A stretch of 64,000 nt of DNA from Candidatus Doudnabacteria bacterium (lineage in GTDB: Bacteria; Patescibacteriota; Doudnabacteria; UBA920; O2-02-FULL-48-8), in the NCBI GenBank assembly GCA_037200925.1, contig JBBCGO010000001.1:760235-824234 (forward strand), read 5' to 3'. How positions within the stretch are numbered: the first letter of the stretch is position 1; every line of letters begins with the position of its first letter. The translations under genes were made by a program, and so were the position numbers. This document shows, in pieces, positions 51,870 through 62,606 of the stretch. The notes beneath the pieces are model-generated. The model did not search any database, was not told the DNA's origin, and worked only from the letters and a program-made list of their open reading frames with translations.

Positions 51870-52289
51870 TTATACTTTTTTTGCCGCTTTTTTCGCCAGT
51901 GTTTCCTTCAGTCTGGTCACAATTTCTTCAGTGGTATAGTAAGCTTTGACCATATAGTCATCTATATTCAATTCTTTGGCTTTTTGGATCTCTTCTTTGC
52001 CGAAGAGGTTGCTCAGAACGATGACTGAAGTTCCGGCAACAACCGGGTCGGGATCTTTCCGGATAACTTCCAGGATCTGGAACCCGTCCATCTCCGGCAG
52101 CATCAGGTCCAAAAGCACGATATCGGGTTTTTCCTTTTTCCAGTTTGCTATCGCAGATTTGCCGTCAGCGGCTTCGACAACGGCGAAACCCGAGGTGGAC
52201 AGCTTATGAACCATGATCTCGCGCATGGTCACGTCATCTTCGACAACCAGGACTTTAGTTTGTTTTTCGGCCATTTTGGCTATTCCCAA
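51870..52289 (-). CDS. Stand-alone response-regulator receiver domain (CheY-like)
   Basis: 'VLVVEDDVTMREIM...DIVLLDLMLPEMDGFQIL'. 139 aa, no output domain. Confidence 0.8.
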   Translation of the reverse strand: MGIAKMAEKQTKVLVVEDDVTMREIMVHKLSTSGFAVVEAADGKSAIANWKKEKPDIVLLDLMLPEMDGFQILEVIRKDPDPVVAGTSVIVLSNLFGKEEIQKAKELNIDDYMVKAYYTTEEIVTRLKETLAKKAAKKV

Positions 52290-52335
52290 GCTTTCTTGGA
52301 GGATAATTAATGATACCGATAATATAGCAAATATT

Positions 52336-52365
52336 GATTTTTATTGCAATATTGGTTAGAATAAA
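52336..52365 (+). promoter_or_regulatory. Putative promoter TTGATT-17-TAGAAT for the dehydrogenase-ligase-E1-nitroreductase operon
   Basis: Sits in the divergent intergenic region. Confidence 0.35.
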
Positions 52366-52409
52366 AAAGTGAAAGTTACAAAAAGACACCAAATACTCAA
52401 ACAAAAAAA

Positions 52410-53459
52410 ATGCCTGTAAAAGAGGCCAAAAAGCCCAAACTTATTGTTGATTTAAGTAAAAGTTCCAAGTTAAAAGGCTTTATTGTCATTTACAATGATA
52501 ATCTAGGCCCGGCACTGGGAGGAACCAGGATCGTTGACTACAAGTCAACCAAGGAAGCTTTGATTGATGCTAAGAGATTAGCAAGAGCTATGACATATAA
52601 ATCAGCTGTGGCCGGCCTGCCATTCGGCGGCGGCAAGGGTGTGATAGTCAAGCAACCGGGGATGAGTAAAAAAGAAACACTCAAAGAATACGCATTACAG
52701 GTTCATAAACTGAAAGGAAAATTTCATACTGGCGAAGATGTGGGTTTGAATGAAGCAGATGTCCAGTATATGCTGAAATTCAGCCCTTACTTCGTAGGGA
52801 AAACTGGCATGGCTGGAGATCCTTCTCAGTTTGCCGCGTTAAGCGCATTCAAAACCCTGAAGATTGCTTTAAAGTTTTTATACAAAAGCGATAAAATTGC
52901 CGGCCGGACATTTGCGGTCAAAGGAGTCGGCAATACCGGATCTTCTTTGACCAAGCTTTTATCAAAGGCCGGGGGCAAGGTTTTTGTTTTTGATCCGGAC
53001 ATAAAGAAAGTAAAAAAACTTGTCCGCTCAACAAAAAATGTTTTTGCAGCGAAAGACGATATAGCTGAATTAAAGGTCGATGTTTTTTGTCCTTGTGCTT
53101 TGGGCAATGATATTACAAAAAAGAACGTGAACAAGATCCAAGCCAAAATTATTTGCGGAACGGCGAATAATCAGCTGGAATCTCCTGAAATTGCCGATAT
53201 TTTGTTTAAGCGCGGAATTTTGAAAGTACCGGATTATATCGCCAATGCCGGAGGGGTCATTGATGTTGCCGATGAACTATTGCCGGGCGGGTATGACAAA
53301 AAACGGGTCTTGCGCAAGATCGACAGTATGAAGAAAATTTTGCTTTTTGTCTTAAATCAGTCAAAAAAGACCAAGAAAAGTCCCATCAGAATATCCGATG
53401 CCATGGCAGAAAGATCTTTTCTCGGGAAGAAAGAGAGCTACAATGTCTATAACAGGTGA
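52410..53459 (+). CDS. Glu/Leu/Phe/Val dehydrogenase-family amino-acid dehydrogenase
   Basis: 'GLPFGGGKGV' catalytic Lys motif and a Rossmann 'GVGNTGSSL'. Confidence 0.75.
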   Translation: MPVKEAKKPKLIVDLSKSSKLKGFIVIYNDNLGPALGGTRIVDYKSTKEALIDAKRLARAMTYKSAVAGLPFGGGKGVIVKQPGMSKKETLKEYALQVHKLKGKFHTGEDVGLNEADVQYMLKFSPYFVGKTGMAGDPSQFAALSAFKTLKIALKFLYKSDKIAGRTFAVKGVGNTGSSLTKLLSKAGGKVFVFDPDIKKVKKLVRSTKNVFAAKDDIAELKVDVFCPCALGNDITKKNVNKIQAKIICGTANNQLESPEIADILFKRGILKVPDYIANAGGVIDVADELLPGGYDKKRVLRKIDSMKKILLFVLNQSKKTKKSPIRISDAMAERSFLGKKESYNVYNR

Positions 53460-54930
53460 AAAAATATCAGCTCAGGATATTATAAAGTCATACAAAGTCA
53501 AACCGGAAGAACATTGGCTGTCTGTCCAGAGAAAAAAAACTTTGACGTTGTTCCGGCAAATGTCGAAACAAGTCCCGGCTTATGTGAAATTTTTGAAACA
53601 AAATGATTTTGATCCAAAAAAGGTCAAAAATTATGAAGATCTGAAAACTGTTCCTTTTATCGACAAAAAGAATTATTTTCAAAGATTTCCGATTTCCGAA
53701 TTTGTCTGGCAAAATGAGTTTGAACGGACACCTTTTGTCTTTACGTCAACATCCGGTTCAACCGGCATGCCGACGTATTTTTTAAGAGACGAAATATTGG
53801 ACTGGCAATTTTCCGTACTCGCCCAAATGTTCATGGATAAGGGAAGAAAAGGAACCACTCTCCTGATTGACTGCTTTGGTATGGGTGTGTGGATCGGCGG
53901 GCTGATAACCTACCAAGCTTTTCGGTTATGCGCGCTGAGGGGTTATCCTTTGTCCATCATAACCCCGGGGATAAACAAAAAAGAGATTTTTCACAGTCTG
54001 AAAAACGCCGCGCCTCATTTTGACAATGTTATTCTGGCCGGTTATCCGCCGTTTATTAAAGACGTGATTGATGAGGCGGAATCAGAAGGGATAAAATTTG
54101 GCAGCCATATGCGCTTGTTTTTTGCTGCCGAAGGGTTTACAGAAAATTTTCGCGATCATATTGTGAAGAATCTTCATGTGCGTAATCTTTATTTCGATAC
54201 CATGAATATTTACGGCACTGCGGAACATGGCGGAATGGCGTCCGAAACACCGGGCTCAATACTGATCCGGCGGTTAGCTATAAAAAACCCCGCGGTTTAC
54301 GAAGAAATTTTTCATAATGAAAAGTTGCCGACTCTGGCTCAATACAATCCGATGTTCATTAGTTTTGAGGCAGAACAGAACAAAATTTTGATCAGCGCTC
54401 ACAGTACAATGCCGATCTTCCGTTACAAAATCGGGGACAATGGCGGAATTTTGAGCTTAAGCCAGATCGAATCCGCATTTACCAAAAATAAGATCAATTT
54501 GCGTTCGGAAGCAAAAAGATTGAGGATCGATTTGCTGGATCTGCCTTTTGTATATATCTATGAAAGAAGCGATCTTTCAACGAAGCTTTACGGAGCAATT
54601 ATTTATCCTGAACCGATCAAGGAAGCGCTTTTGGATAAAAGGCTGCGAAGACATGTCAGCGGGAAATTCACTCTGATTACGAAATTCGACCCGAAACAGA
54701 ACGAATACCTGGAGATCAATATTGAGTTGCTGCCGAAATTCAAAAGCAGCGCGGCTCTTCACAAGCTTTGCCAGAAATTAATTGTTGAAAGCCTGCTCAA
54801 GAAGAACGCGGAGTATAAGAATAATTACAGCTCCATTCCGCATAAAGTCACGCCGAAAATAGTTTTTTGGACTTACGGCGATCCTATATATTTTAGCGGC
54901 CAAGGAAAGCAGAAATGGACAAAGAATTAG
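53443..54930 (+). CDS. Adenylate-forming enzyme of the PaaK / F390-synthetase / GH3-like superfamily
   Basis: 'TSTSGSTGMPTYF' P-loop-like adenylation motif and 'YGTAEHGG'. Overlaps the upstream gene by 17 nt. Confidence 0.55.
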   Translation: MSITGEKISAQDIIKSYKVKPEEHWLSVQRKKTLTLFRQMSKQVPAYVKFLKQNDFDPKKVKNYEDLKTVPFIDKKNYFQRFPISEFVWQNEFERTPFVFTSTSGSTGMPTYFLRDEILDWQFSVLAQMFMDKGRKGTTLLIDCFGMGVWIGGLITYQAFRLCALRGYPLSIITPGINKKEIFHSLKNAAPHFDNVILAGYPPFIKDVIDEAESEGIKFGSHMRLFFAAEGFTENFRDHIVKNLHVRNLYFDTMNIYGTAEHGGMASETPGSILIRRLAIKNPAVYEEIFHNEKLPTLAQYNPMFISFEAEQNKILISAHSTMPIFRYKIGDNGGILSLSQIESAFTKNKINLRSEAKRLRIDLLDLPFVYIYERSDLSTKLYGAIIYPEPIKEALLDKRLRRHVSGKFTLITKFDPKQNEYLEINIELLPKFKSSAALHKLCQKLIVESLLKKNAEYKNNYSSIPHKVTPKIVFWTYGDPIYFSGQGKQKWTKN

Positions 54931-56108
54931 AAAAATTGATCGGAGATAAAAACAATCCGGCTGAATCGAAGCCTAAGATTTTTAGTTTGGCTAAAGAGTC
55001 AGGCAGAGATGAATTGAAACAGCTTTTTGCGCAGAATAGGATACAAACCACGGTTGACGATTTCCGCCAGCAGCATCAGGAACTTTTCGCCATAAATAAT
55101 CCGGCGAAAGTTTACACTCCGGATTTTGAAAAGGAATTCGGCGAATACTACGACCAACTGAGTAAAAAACAGCCGATGGCCGAACAGGGCAACTGGGTTT
55201 ATTTTCCGTGGCTTGCGACGGTTGTGCATCTGCTAGAAGATGTTGATTTTCAGCGGGTCCGCACGGCAAGAAACAGAAACCTGATCAGTGAAGAGGAACA
55301 AAAAAAGTTTTACAATTCCACCATCGGGATCGGCGGATTGAGTGTGGGAAATAGCGTCATTTTGGCCATTGTCCTGCAGGGCGGGGCAAAACATTTACGG
55401 CTGGCGGACTTTGATAATTTGGCTTTGTCCAATCTTAACCGCATCCGCAGCGGGGTGGAAAGTTTAGGGCTTAGAAAAGTCGAGATGACGGCACGGCAAA
55501 TTTATGCCCTCAACCCATATGCTGAAGTCGAATTATTTGCGGAAGGGCTTACAACGGACAACCTCGATAAGTTTTTTGCAGGGCCGCCCAAACTCGATTT
55601 GGTCATCGATGAATTGGATAATATTGCGGTCAAATATTTGATCCGCGAGCAGGCAAAAAAGCACGGCGTACCGCTCGTAATGGGCGCCGATAACGGGGAC
55701 AATGCGGTCGTGGATGTGGAACGCTATGATCTTGATCCGAACACGCCGTTCTTCCACGGTAGACTGGGGGATGTGAATTATGAGCAGCTGACCAAGCTGG
55801 ACAAATTTGGCATCGGGAGAACCATCACCCAGCACATCGGTCCGGAGAATGTTACTGATAAAATGCAGAATTCTCTGATGGAAATGGGTAAAACGATCGT
55901 TTCTTGGCCGCAACTCGGCGGCGCGGCGCTCTTAAACGGTTCTGCCGTTGCATACAGCGTCAGAAGAATTCTGAACGGCCAGCCATTGGAACAAAACCGC
56001 GCGCTGATATCGCTGGATGAAAAATTGGATCCGGAATATAACACACCTCAAGCCCAAGAAAAACGAAACAAACTGACGGAAGACTTCAAAAAGATAATGA
56101 AGTTATAA
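54915..56108 (+). CDS. ThiF/MoeB/HesA-family E1-like protein (no Zn CxxC, long N-terminal extension)
   Basis: Rossmann 'IGIGGLSVGNSVILAIVLQGG' and 'ADFDNLALSNLNR'. Overlaps the upstream gene by 16 nt. Confidence 0.6.
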   Translation: MDKELEKLIGDKNNPAESKPKIFSLAKESGRDELKQLFAQNRIQTTVDDFRQQHQELFAINNPAKVYTPDFEKEFGEYYDQLSKKQPMAEQGNWVYFPWLATVVHLLEDVDFQRVRTARNRNLISEEEQKKFYNSTIGIGGLSVGNSVILAIVLQGGAKHLRLADFDNLALSNLNRIRSGVESLGLRKVEMTARQIYALNPYAEVELFAEGLTTDNLDKFFAGPPKLDLVIDELDNIAVKYLIREQAKKHGVPLVMGADNGDNAVVDVERYDLDPNTPFFHGRLGDVNYEQLTKLDKFGIGRTITQHIGPENVTDKMQNSLMEMGKTIVSWPQLGGAALLNGSAVAYSVRRILNGQPLEQNRALISLDEKLDPEYNTPQAQEKRNKLTEDFKKIMKL

Positions 56109-57164
56109 ATGGAAGAAACAATATTAAAAATTATTGAAGCAGCAATTCGAGCTCCTTCAGGCGAGAATTGCCAACCTTGGTTGATAAAGCTTTCTGAAAA
56201 TAAACTCAATCTTTATAACGATCCGTCCAAGGATACATCTGTTTACAACTATGGTCAGAAAGGATCAATGGTCGCTCAAGGTGCTTTTATAGAGAATCTG
56301 GCGATTGCATCCAAAGCCTTAGGATTAAGTGCGCAGCTAAATATGTTTCCCGATCCTTCAAACGAAGATTTGATTGCTACGGTTGGTTTTTCACAATCTT
56401 CTGCGGTTGATGATCCACTATATGGCGCTATTTTCAATCGATCGAGCAACAGAAAATCTTATAAAAAGATAAAATTTACGGAGGAACAGCGAGCCAGTAT
56501 TCTTATTTCAGGAATTGAAACAGGTAGCAAGGTTATATTGCTCGAAGATCCGCTTAAAATTAAAGATTTATCAAAACCCATAAGTCTGAACGAACAATTG
56601 ATTTTTGAGAACCAATTTTTGCATGATTTTTTTTATGCTCATATTCACTGGACTCAGGAAGAAGATGAAAAATATAAATTCGGCTTTTATATCAAGACCC
56701 TTGAACTGAATCTGCCACAATCAATCGCCATAAAGTTGTTGCGATCGTGGAAATGGACGAACCTATTAGATAAAATTGGCATCTCAAAACAGATCGCAAA
56801 AGACAACGCAAAAAATTATGAAACCGCTTCAGCACTAGGAATCATTGTCATTCCAACTAATTCCCGAAATGATTATGTTGTCGCTGGTCGCGCGATGGAA
56901 AGAGTGTGGCTTAAGGTAACATCTATGGGCCTGAGTTTGCAGCCGATGACAGGCATATTATTTTTTATGCAGAAGATATTATCCGGAAAACATGAGGAAT
57001 TCAGTACTGAGCAGGTTCAGTTGATTAAAGAGGGCTATCAAAAAATTTCTTCTGGGTTCGACGTTACAAACCAAACAATCGCCATGCTGTTTCGGATCGG
57101 CGATGGAGGCGAACCCTCCGCAAAATCTTTGCGCTATACCATTCCGGAAATAATGCAAAAATAA
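56109..57164 (+). CDS. Two-lobed nitroreductase-superfamily protein (SagB/Acg-like)
   Basis: 'AIRAPSGENCQPW' nitroreductase signature and a C-terminal 'AGRAMERVWLKVTSMGLSLQPM'. Starts 1 nt after the upstream stop. Confidence 0.6.
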   Translation: MEETILKIIEAAIRAPSGENCQPWLIKLSENKLNLYNDPSKDTSVYNYGQKGSMVAQGAFIENLAIASKALGLSAQLNMFPDPSNEDLIATVGFSQSSAVDDPLYGAIFNRSSNRKSYKKIKFTEEQRASILISGIETGSKVILLEDPLKIKDLSKPISLNEQLIFENQFLHDFFYAHIHWTQEEDEKYKFGFYIKTLELNLPQSIAIKLLRSWKWTNLLDKIGISKQIAKDNAKNYETASALGIIVIPTNSRNDYVVAGRAMERVWLKVTSMGLSLQPMTGILFFMQKILSGKHEEFSTEQVQLIKEGYQKISSGFDVTNQTIAMLFRIGDGGEPSAKSLRYTIPEIMQK

Positions 57165-57188
57165 TTTCATAAGAATAAATATCTAAAA

Positions 57189-58865
57189 ATGAATTTTTTG
57201 GCAAATTTAAGCATAATTCCCGTAGGAATCGCAGTATCTGCTATTGGAATTTTGGGTTTTGTCATTTTTTTCAATAACCGCAATAGCATTACCAATCGAA
57301 CTTTTCTTTGGTTTTCGTTGATTGCTATCTTATGGAACACGACAAGTTATTTATCTTACCAATTTACTTCAACGGTTCTGATTTTGTGGCTGCTGAGAAT
57401 TCAACTATTTTTTGCGGTTTGGTATTGTTTCTTTTTATTTAGATTTTTCTATGTTTTTCCCAATGAAAAAATAATTTTTTCAAAAATACATAAATTTATA
57501 ATTATTCCATTTGTAGCTTTGACTTCCTTAGTGACACTAAGTCCATTAGCAATAACGGAAGTGAACAGAGCTTCCAATCAAGGTAAATCCGGTGATGTGA
57601 TCGGATTAGGAATGATCTTATTTGGCGTTACAGTCGTTTCTTTGATCGCAAGCGGCATTGTGGTTTTTTTCGAAAAAAGGAAAAGGAAGAAAGGAAAAGA
57701 AAGAACCCCGTATAATTATATTTTGATCGGAACGATCATAACTTTTTCTTTATACATTGTGTTCAATTTCGTTTTCCCGGTTTTTTTACAAAACGTTCGG
57801 TATATTTCATATGGAGCGATTTTCAGTTTTCCTTTTATTGCCTTCACAAGTTATGCGATTATTCGGCATAGGTTCCTGGATGTAAAAGTCATTTCCACGG
57901 AAATTTTGGTTTTTGTTCTGTCTGCAGTGACTCTGATTGAAATTCTCACTTCCCAGAGTATTCCCGTGGTATTAGTAAGAATCTTGGAGTTTTTCCTGGT
58001 TTTGGTAATCGGAATCCTGCTTATCAGAAGTGTTGTGCGGGAAGTAAAACAGCGCGAACAGTTGGAAATTTTAGACAAACAACTCGAGGCTGCAAATCAA
58101 CAGCTTAAAATCCTGGACCAAGCCAGAGCCGAGTTTATCACCATCGCCAGCCATCAGCTGCGCACGCCGCCTGCGACCATCAAATGGTATCTGGCCGCGA
58201 TCCTCGACGGCGATTACGGCAAATTTGACGAATCGGTGAAACAAGAGCTGCGCAAAACGGCCTCCACTAATAATTCCATGATCGCCTTGATCGATGACCT
58301 TCTGAACGCTTCGCGCATTGAACGGGGTAAAATGGAATTTGTTTTCGTACCCACGAATCTGACTGAAATTACGCAGATCACGGTGGACCAGCTTTTGCCT
58401 CAGGCGGAAATGAGAAAGTTGAAATTAGTTTTTGAAAAGCCGAAAGTTGACTTGCCGATCATCTCGGCGGACAAGGAAAAACTGCGCCAGGTCATCAATA
58501 ACCTCATCGATAATGCCATCAAATATACAACAGAGGGGACGATCGAAGTAACTTTGTCTCAAACCAAAACGGATGTCATCCTGAAGGTCACGGATTCGGG
58601 CCGGGGAGTGGCGCCCGGACAGCTGGGCGAGATATTCAAGAAATACGAGCGGGGCGCGAGTCCGGCCAGAAATTCTTCCGGCTTGGGGCTGGGGCTATAC
58701 GTAGCCAAAGTCATTATTGATCAGCATAAGGGCAAAATTTGGGTTGAGTCAAAAGGAGAAGGAAAAGGATCAAGCTTTATTTTTTCCCTCCCGATCAAAG
58801 CGCAGCTGACGGACAGCGAATTTGATCTGGCCAAGGGACAGGCAACCCCGCCCGGTAAAACATGA
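57189..58865 (+). CDS. Membrane sensor histidine kinase
   Basis: 7-8 N-terminal TM segments, HisKA 'ITIASHQLRTPPATI' and HATPase 'GLGLGLYVAKVIIDQHKGKIWVES'. Confidence 0.85.
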   Translation: MNFLANLSIIPVGIAVSAIGILGFVIFFNNRNSITNRTFLWFSLIAILWNTTSYLSYQFTSTVLILWLLRIQLFFAVWYCFFLFRFFYVFPNEKIIFSKIHKFIIIPFVALTSLVTLSPLAITEVNRASNQGKSGDVIGLGMILFGVTVVSLIASGIVVFFEKRKRKKGKERTPYNYILIGTIITFSLYIVFNFVFPVFLQNVRYISYGAIFSFPFIAFTSYAIIRHRFLDVKVISTEILVFVLSAVTLIEILTSQSIPVVLVRILEFFLVLVIGILLIRSVVREVKQREQLEILDKQLEAANQQLKILDQARAEFITIASHQLRTPPATIKWYLAAILDGDYGKFDESVKQELRKTASTNNSMIALIDDLLNASRIERGKMEFVFVPTNLTEITQITVDQLLPQAEMRKLKLVFEKPKVDLPIISADKEKLRQVINNLIDNAIKYTTEGTIEVTLSQTKTDVILKVTDSGRGVAPGQLGEIFKKYERGASPARNSSGLGLGLYVAKVIIDQHKGKIWVESKGEGKGSSFIFSLPIKAQLTDSEFDLAKGQATPPGKT

Positions 58866-59731
58866 AAACTAAAACCAAAATCGCTGCTATCATTCTGCCG
58901 GCAGTTTTGCTGTTTTTTTTGCTGTTTCTGCTTGCAGGGCACAGTAATTGGTCACTGCTGAATCCGAAAGGACCAATTGCCCAACAGGAGCGCAATCTGA
59001 TGGTTGTTGGCATATCGCTCATGCTTATCGTAGTCGTGCCGGTGTTCATTTTGTTGTTTACTTTTGCCTTCAAATATCGGGAAGGGAACAAAGCCAAATA
59101 CGCCCCCAACCAGCGCCACAGCACGAAATTTCAATTATTGTTGTGGGCGATCCCAACGGTGATCATTCTGATTTTGGCAGTGATCAACTGGAAAAGCACG
59201 CACCAGTTAGACCCTTTCAAACCTCTTATCTCGAACGTAAAACCGATTACGATCCAGGTCGTATCTTTGCCGTGGAAATGGCTGTTTATTTATCCGGAGC
59301 AAAATATCGCAACGGTTAACTTTGTGGAGTTCCCACAGACCACGCCCGTTAATTTTCAATTGACTTCCGATGCCGCGATGAATTCATTCTGGATCCCACA
59401 GCTTGGCGGGCAGATGTACGCGATGGCCGGAATGAGCACGCAACTGCACCTTATGGCTTCCGCGCCCGGCTCTTTTGCCGGTTCGGCTGCGGAGATAAGC
59501 GGGCAAGGTTTCTCAGGGATGAAATTTACGGCCAAGGCAGTTACAAACTCTGACTTTGACAGTTGGGTTAAGTCAGTTCAGGCTAGGCGCACCCCATTGG
59601 GCCTTGCGGAATACAATAAATTAGCCGCACCGAGTTCAAACAACCCGCCGGCTTTTTATTCCTCCACGGACAAAAATTTATATAATAATATAATCATGAA
59701 ATACATGATGCCCACGCAGGGGATCCAATGA
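58862..59731 (+). CDS. cyoA: Cytochrome bo3-type quinol oxidase subunit II
   Basis: 2 TM plus a cupredoxin-like domain without CuA ligands: '[25 protein letters not shown]'. Confidence 0.8.
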   Translation: MKTKTKIAAIILPAVLLFFLLFLLAGHSNWSLLNPKGPIAQQERNLMVVGISLMLIVVVPVFILLFTFAFKYREGNKAKYAPNQRHSTKFQLLLWAIPTVIILILAVINWKSTHQLDPFKPLISNVKPITIQVVSLPWKWLFIYPEQNIATVNFVEFPQTTPVNFQLTSDAAMNSFWIPQLGGQMYAMAGMSTQLHLMASAPGSFAGSAAEISGQGFSGMKFTAKAVTNSDFDSWVKSVQARRTPLGLAEYNKLAAPSSNNPPAFYSSTDKNLYNNIIMKYMMPTQGIQ

Positions 59732-61701
59732 GCATATTATTCGGAAAACTGACCCTTGCCGCTTTGCCGCACGAATGGTTCACCATCGCCGGAACTATTT
59801 TTATCACCATTATGGGCATAGCCGTTGTGGCTTTTTTAACGCACAAAAAGCTTTGGAAATGGCTTTGGAAGGAGTGGCTGACATCAACTGACCCGAAAAA
59901 GATCGGGATCATGTATATTATTGTCGCTTCGCTTATGCTGTTTCGCGGCGCCATTGATGCCGGAATGATATGGCTGCAGCAGTCGCTTTCTGTCGGGGTT
60001 TCTAACGGGTATATTTCTCCCAATCACTTTCAGCAGATCTTTACGGCACACGGCGATATTATGATCTTTTTCGTTACGATGGGATTTCTGGCGGGGCTTT
60101 GGAATCTGATCCTGCCGTTGCAGATCGGCAGCAGGGACGTGGCTTTTCCGTTTTTAAATACTTTAAGCTTATGGCTGTATATTGCGGGAGCGATCTTTGT
60201 TAACCTGTTTTTTGTCCTGGGAGGGGAGTTCGCCGCAACCGGCTGGCTCGCGCTGCCGCCATTATCCGAACTCCAGTTCAGCCCCGGGGTCGGGGTTGAC
60301 TATTGGATATGGAGCCTGCAGATATCGGGCTTGGGGACATTGCTTGGAGGCATTAATTTTCTCGTGACCATCCTCAAGATGCGAGCGCCCGGAATGACCT
60401 TGATGAAAATGCCGATGTTCGTGTGGACTTCCCTCTGCAGCATGGTGCTTGTTGTTTCTATTTTCCCGATCCTGGCCGCAACGATCGCGCTTCTGACGCT
60501 GGACCGATTCATGGGTATGCATTTTTTTACTACTTCGTTTGGCGGCAACCCGATGATGTACATTAGCCTTATCTGGTCATGGGGGCACCCGGAAGTATAT
60601 GTTCTTATCCTCCCTGCTTACGGCATCTATTCAGAAATAGTCGCAACGTTCAGCCAAAAACGCCTATCCGGATACGGTTCGGTAGTTGCCGGCTCGATCG
60701 GCATCACGCTTTTGGCCCTGCTGGTGTGGCTGCATCATTTCTTTACCATGGGCGCCGGCGCGGATGTCAACGCGTTCTTCGGCATCATGACCATGTTCAT
60801 CACGGTGCCCACGGCTGCGCTGGTTTTCAACTGGCTTGCCACTATGTACAAAGGCCGCATCCGATTTTTCACGCCTATGGATTGGTTTGTGGGATTCGTT
60901 TTCACATTCACTTTGGGCGGCATGGCCGGAGTGCTGATGGGGATCCCGGGAGTGGATTTTCAGGTGCATAACACTTTGTATCTAGTGGCGCATTTCCACA
61001 CTATGATCATTGGTGGTGCATTGTTCGGGATCTTTGCTGGCATTACTTATTGGTTTCCCAAGGCCACAGGGTTTACCCTGAATGAACGGCTCGGCAGATA
61101 TGCGTTTTGGTGCTGGATCATAGGATTTTTTGCGTCGTTTGTCCCGCTGTATATTTTAGGATTCATGGGCGCCACCAGAAGGCTCGACCACTATGAGGCA
61201 TCTACCGGCTGGCAGCCGTTGTTCATTGTTGCGGGAGTTGGCCTGATCATCATTGCGTGCGGCGCGCTCTTCCAAGTATTGCAAATAATCGTCAGCATCA
61301 AGCAGAGAAAACAGAACATTGATAAGACCGGAGATCCGTGGAACGGCAGAACGCTTGAGTGGGCGATTCCATCGCCGCCGCCTGTATATAATTTTGCGAT
61401 CATACCCAAAGTTACAGAGCGCGATCAGTTCTGGGCGGATAAAGCATCCAAGCAAACGGCCAAACAGGTTTACGAAGATATTCATATGCCCAAAAATACC
61501 GCGCTGGGAATATATACTTCCGGATTCATCTTCTTGTTCGGGTTTGCCATGGTCTGGCATATTGTTTGGCTGGCAATAGTTGGCCTTCTCGGTGCGATAA
61601 GCTGCGTCATCATCAGATCGTTCGATGAAGACACCGAATATGTCATCCCGGCTGACGAAGTTGCGAAAATGGAAGCCGAAAGGAAAAGCTTTTATGGATG
61701 A
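59728..61701 (+). CDS. cyoB: Cytochrome bo3 quinol oxidase subunit I (heme-copper oxidase)
   Basis: 657 aa. 'WSWGHPEVY', 'HHFFTMG', 'HFHTMIIGG'. Confidence 0.9.
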   Translation: MSILFGKLTLAALPHEWFTIAGTIFITIMGIAVVAFLTHKKLWKWLWKEWLTSTDPKKIGIMYIIVASLMLFRGAIDAGMIWLQQSLSVGVSNGYISPNHFQQIFTAHGDIMIFFVTMGFLAGLWNLILPLQIGSRDVAFPFLNTLSLWLYIAGAIFVNLFFVLGGEFAATGWLALPPLSELQFSPGVGVDYWIWSLQISGLGTLLGGINFLVTILKMRAPGMTLMKMPMFVWTSLCSMVLVVSIFPILAATIALLTLDRFMGMHFFTTSFGGNPMMYISLIWSWGHPEVYVLILPAYGIYSEIVATFSQKRLSGYGSVVAGSIGITLLALLVWLHHFFTMGAGADVNAFFGIMTMFITVPTAALVFNWLATMYKGRIRFFTPMDWFVGFVFTFTLGGMAGVLMGIPGVDFQVHNTLYLVAHFHTMIIGGALFGIFAGITYWFPKATGFTLNERLGRYAFWCWIIGFFASFVPLYILGFMGATRRLDHYEASTGWQPLFIVAGVGLIIIACGALFQVLQIIVSIKQRKQNIDKTGDPWNGRTLEWAIPSPPPVYNFAIIPKVTERDQFWADKASKQTAKQVYEDIHMPKNTALGIYTSGFIFLFGFAMVWHIVWLAIVGLLGAISCVIIRSFDEDTEYVIPADEVAKMEAERKSFYG

Positions 61702-62266
61702 ACACGAAAAAAACGATAAACTTAAATTAGGATTCTGGGTCTATCTGATGACTGACCTGATAATGTTTGCGGTCCTGTTTGCGGCTTTCGCAGTGCTCCG
61801 GGGCAATACTTTTGGTGGGGCTTCGGCAAAAGAGCTTCTCAGCTTGCCGGGAGCTTTAGCAAATACCCTGATCCTGCTAACCAGCAGTTTTACCTGCGGA
61901 CTGGCGATCCTCGCAGTTGCTAAAAAAGACAAGATCGGCACACAGATCAGTTTAGGAGTGACGTTTGTACTCGGGCTCACATTCCTTATCCTGGAATTAA
62001 ATGAATTTTCAAAGCTGGTGGCCGATGGCAATAGCTGGCAGAGAAGCGCATTTCTATCTTCCTTTTTTACTCTAGTCGGCACGCACGGATTGCACATTAC
62101 CGTGGGGCTGTTATGCATCATTATTTCCATGATAATGATCTGGCGCCGCGGCCTTACTCCTTCCATTTCCGGCAAACTCGTGCGCCTAAGCCTGTTCTGG
62201 CATTTTTTGGATGTTGTCTGGATTTTTATTTTTACGATAGTTTATCTGATGGGGACTATAAAATGA
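61694..62266 (+). CDS. cyoC: Quinol oxidase subunit III
   Basis: Start at 'MDEHEKND'. 5 TM. The upstream extension of the listed ORF overlaps cyoB. Confidence 0.75.
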   Translation: MDEHEKNDKLKLGFWVYLMTDLIMFAVLFAAFAVLRGNTFGGASAKELLSLPGALANTLILLTSSFTCGLAILAVAKKDKIGTQISLGVTFVLGLTFLILELNEFSKLVADGNSWQRSAFLSSFFTLVGTHGLHITVGLLCIIISMIMIWRRGLTPSISGKLVRLSLFWHFLDVVWIFIFTIVYLMGTIK

Positions 62267-62604
62267 ACAACGCGACATTCAAGTCATATTTTCTGGGGTT
62301 CGTATTGTCAGCCGCCTTGACCCTGACGGCTTTTATCGCGGTCATCAGGCATTTACTTCCCGCATCGAATTTGATTTTTGTGATCATGGGACTTGCCCTG
62401 ATCCAGCTTTGGGTCCAATTGGTATTTTTCCTGCATCTGGACTACGAGAAGGGGCCGCGGTGGAATTTGGCGATCTTTATCTCCACGATCGGAATTATCC
62501 TTATCGTTGTCGTAGGAACGCTTTGGATAATGAAGAATCTTAATTACAATATGACGCCTGCGCAAGTCGACAAATATATCCAGGACCAGGCAGGCGGATT
62601 CTAG
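62263..62604 (+). CDS. cyoD: Quinol oxidase subunit IV
   Basis: Start at 'MNNATFKSY' (ATGA overlap with cyoC). 3 TM, about 113 aa. Confidence 0.7.
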   Translation: MNNATFKSYFLGFVLSAALTLTAFIAVIRHLLPASNLIFVIMGLALIQLWVQLVFFLHLDYEKGPRWNLAIFISTIGIILIVVVGTLWIMKNLNYNMTPAQVDKYIQDQAGGF

Positions 62605-62606
62605 AA

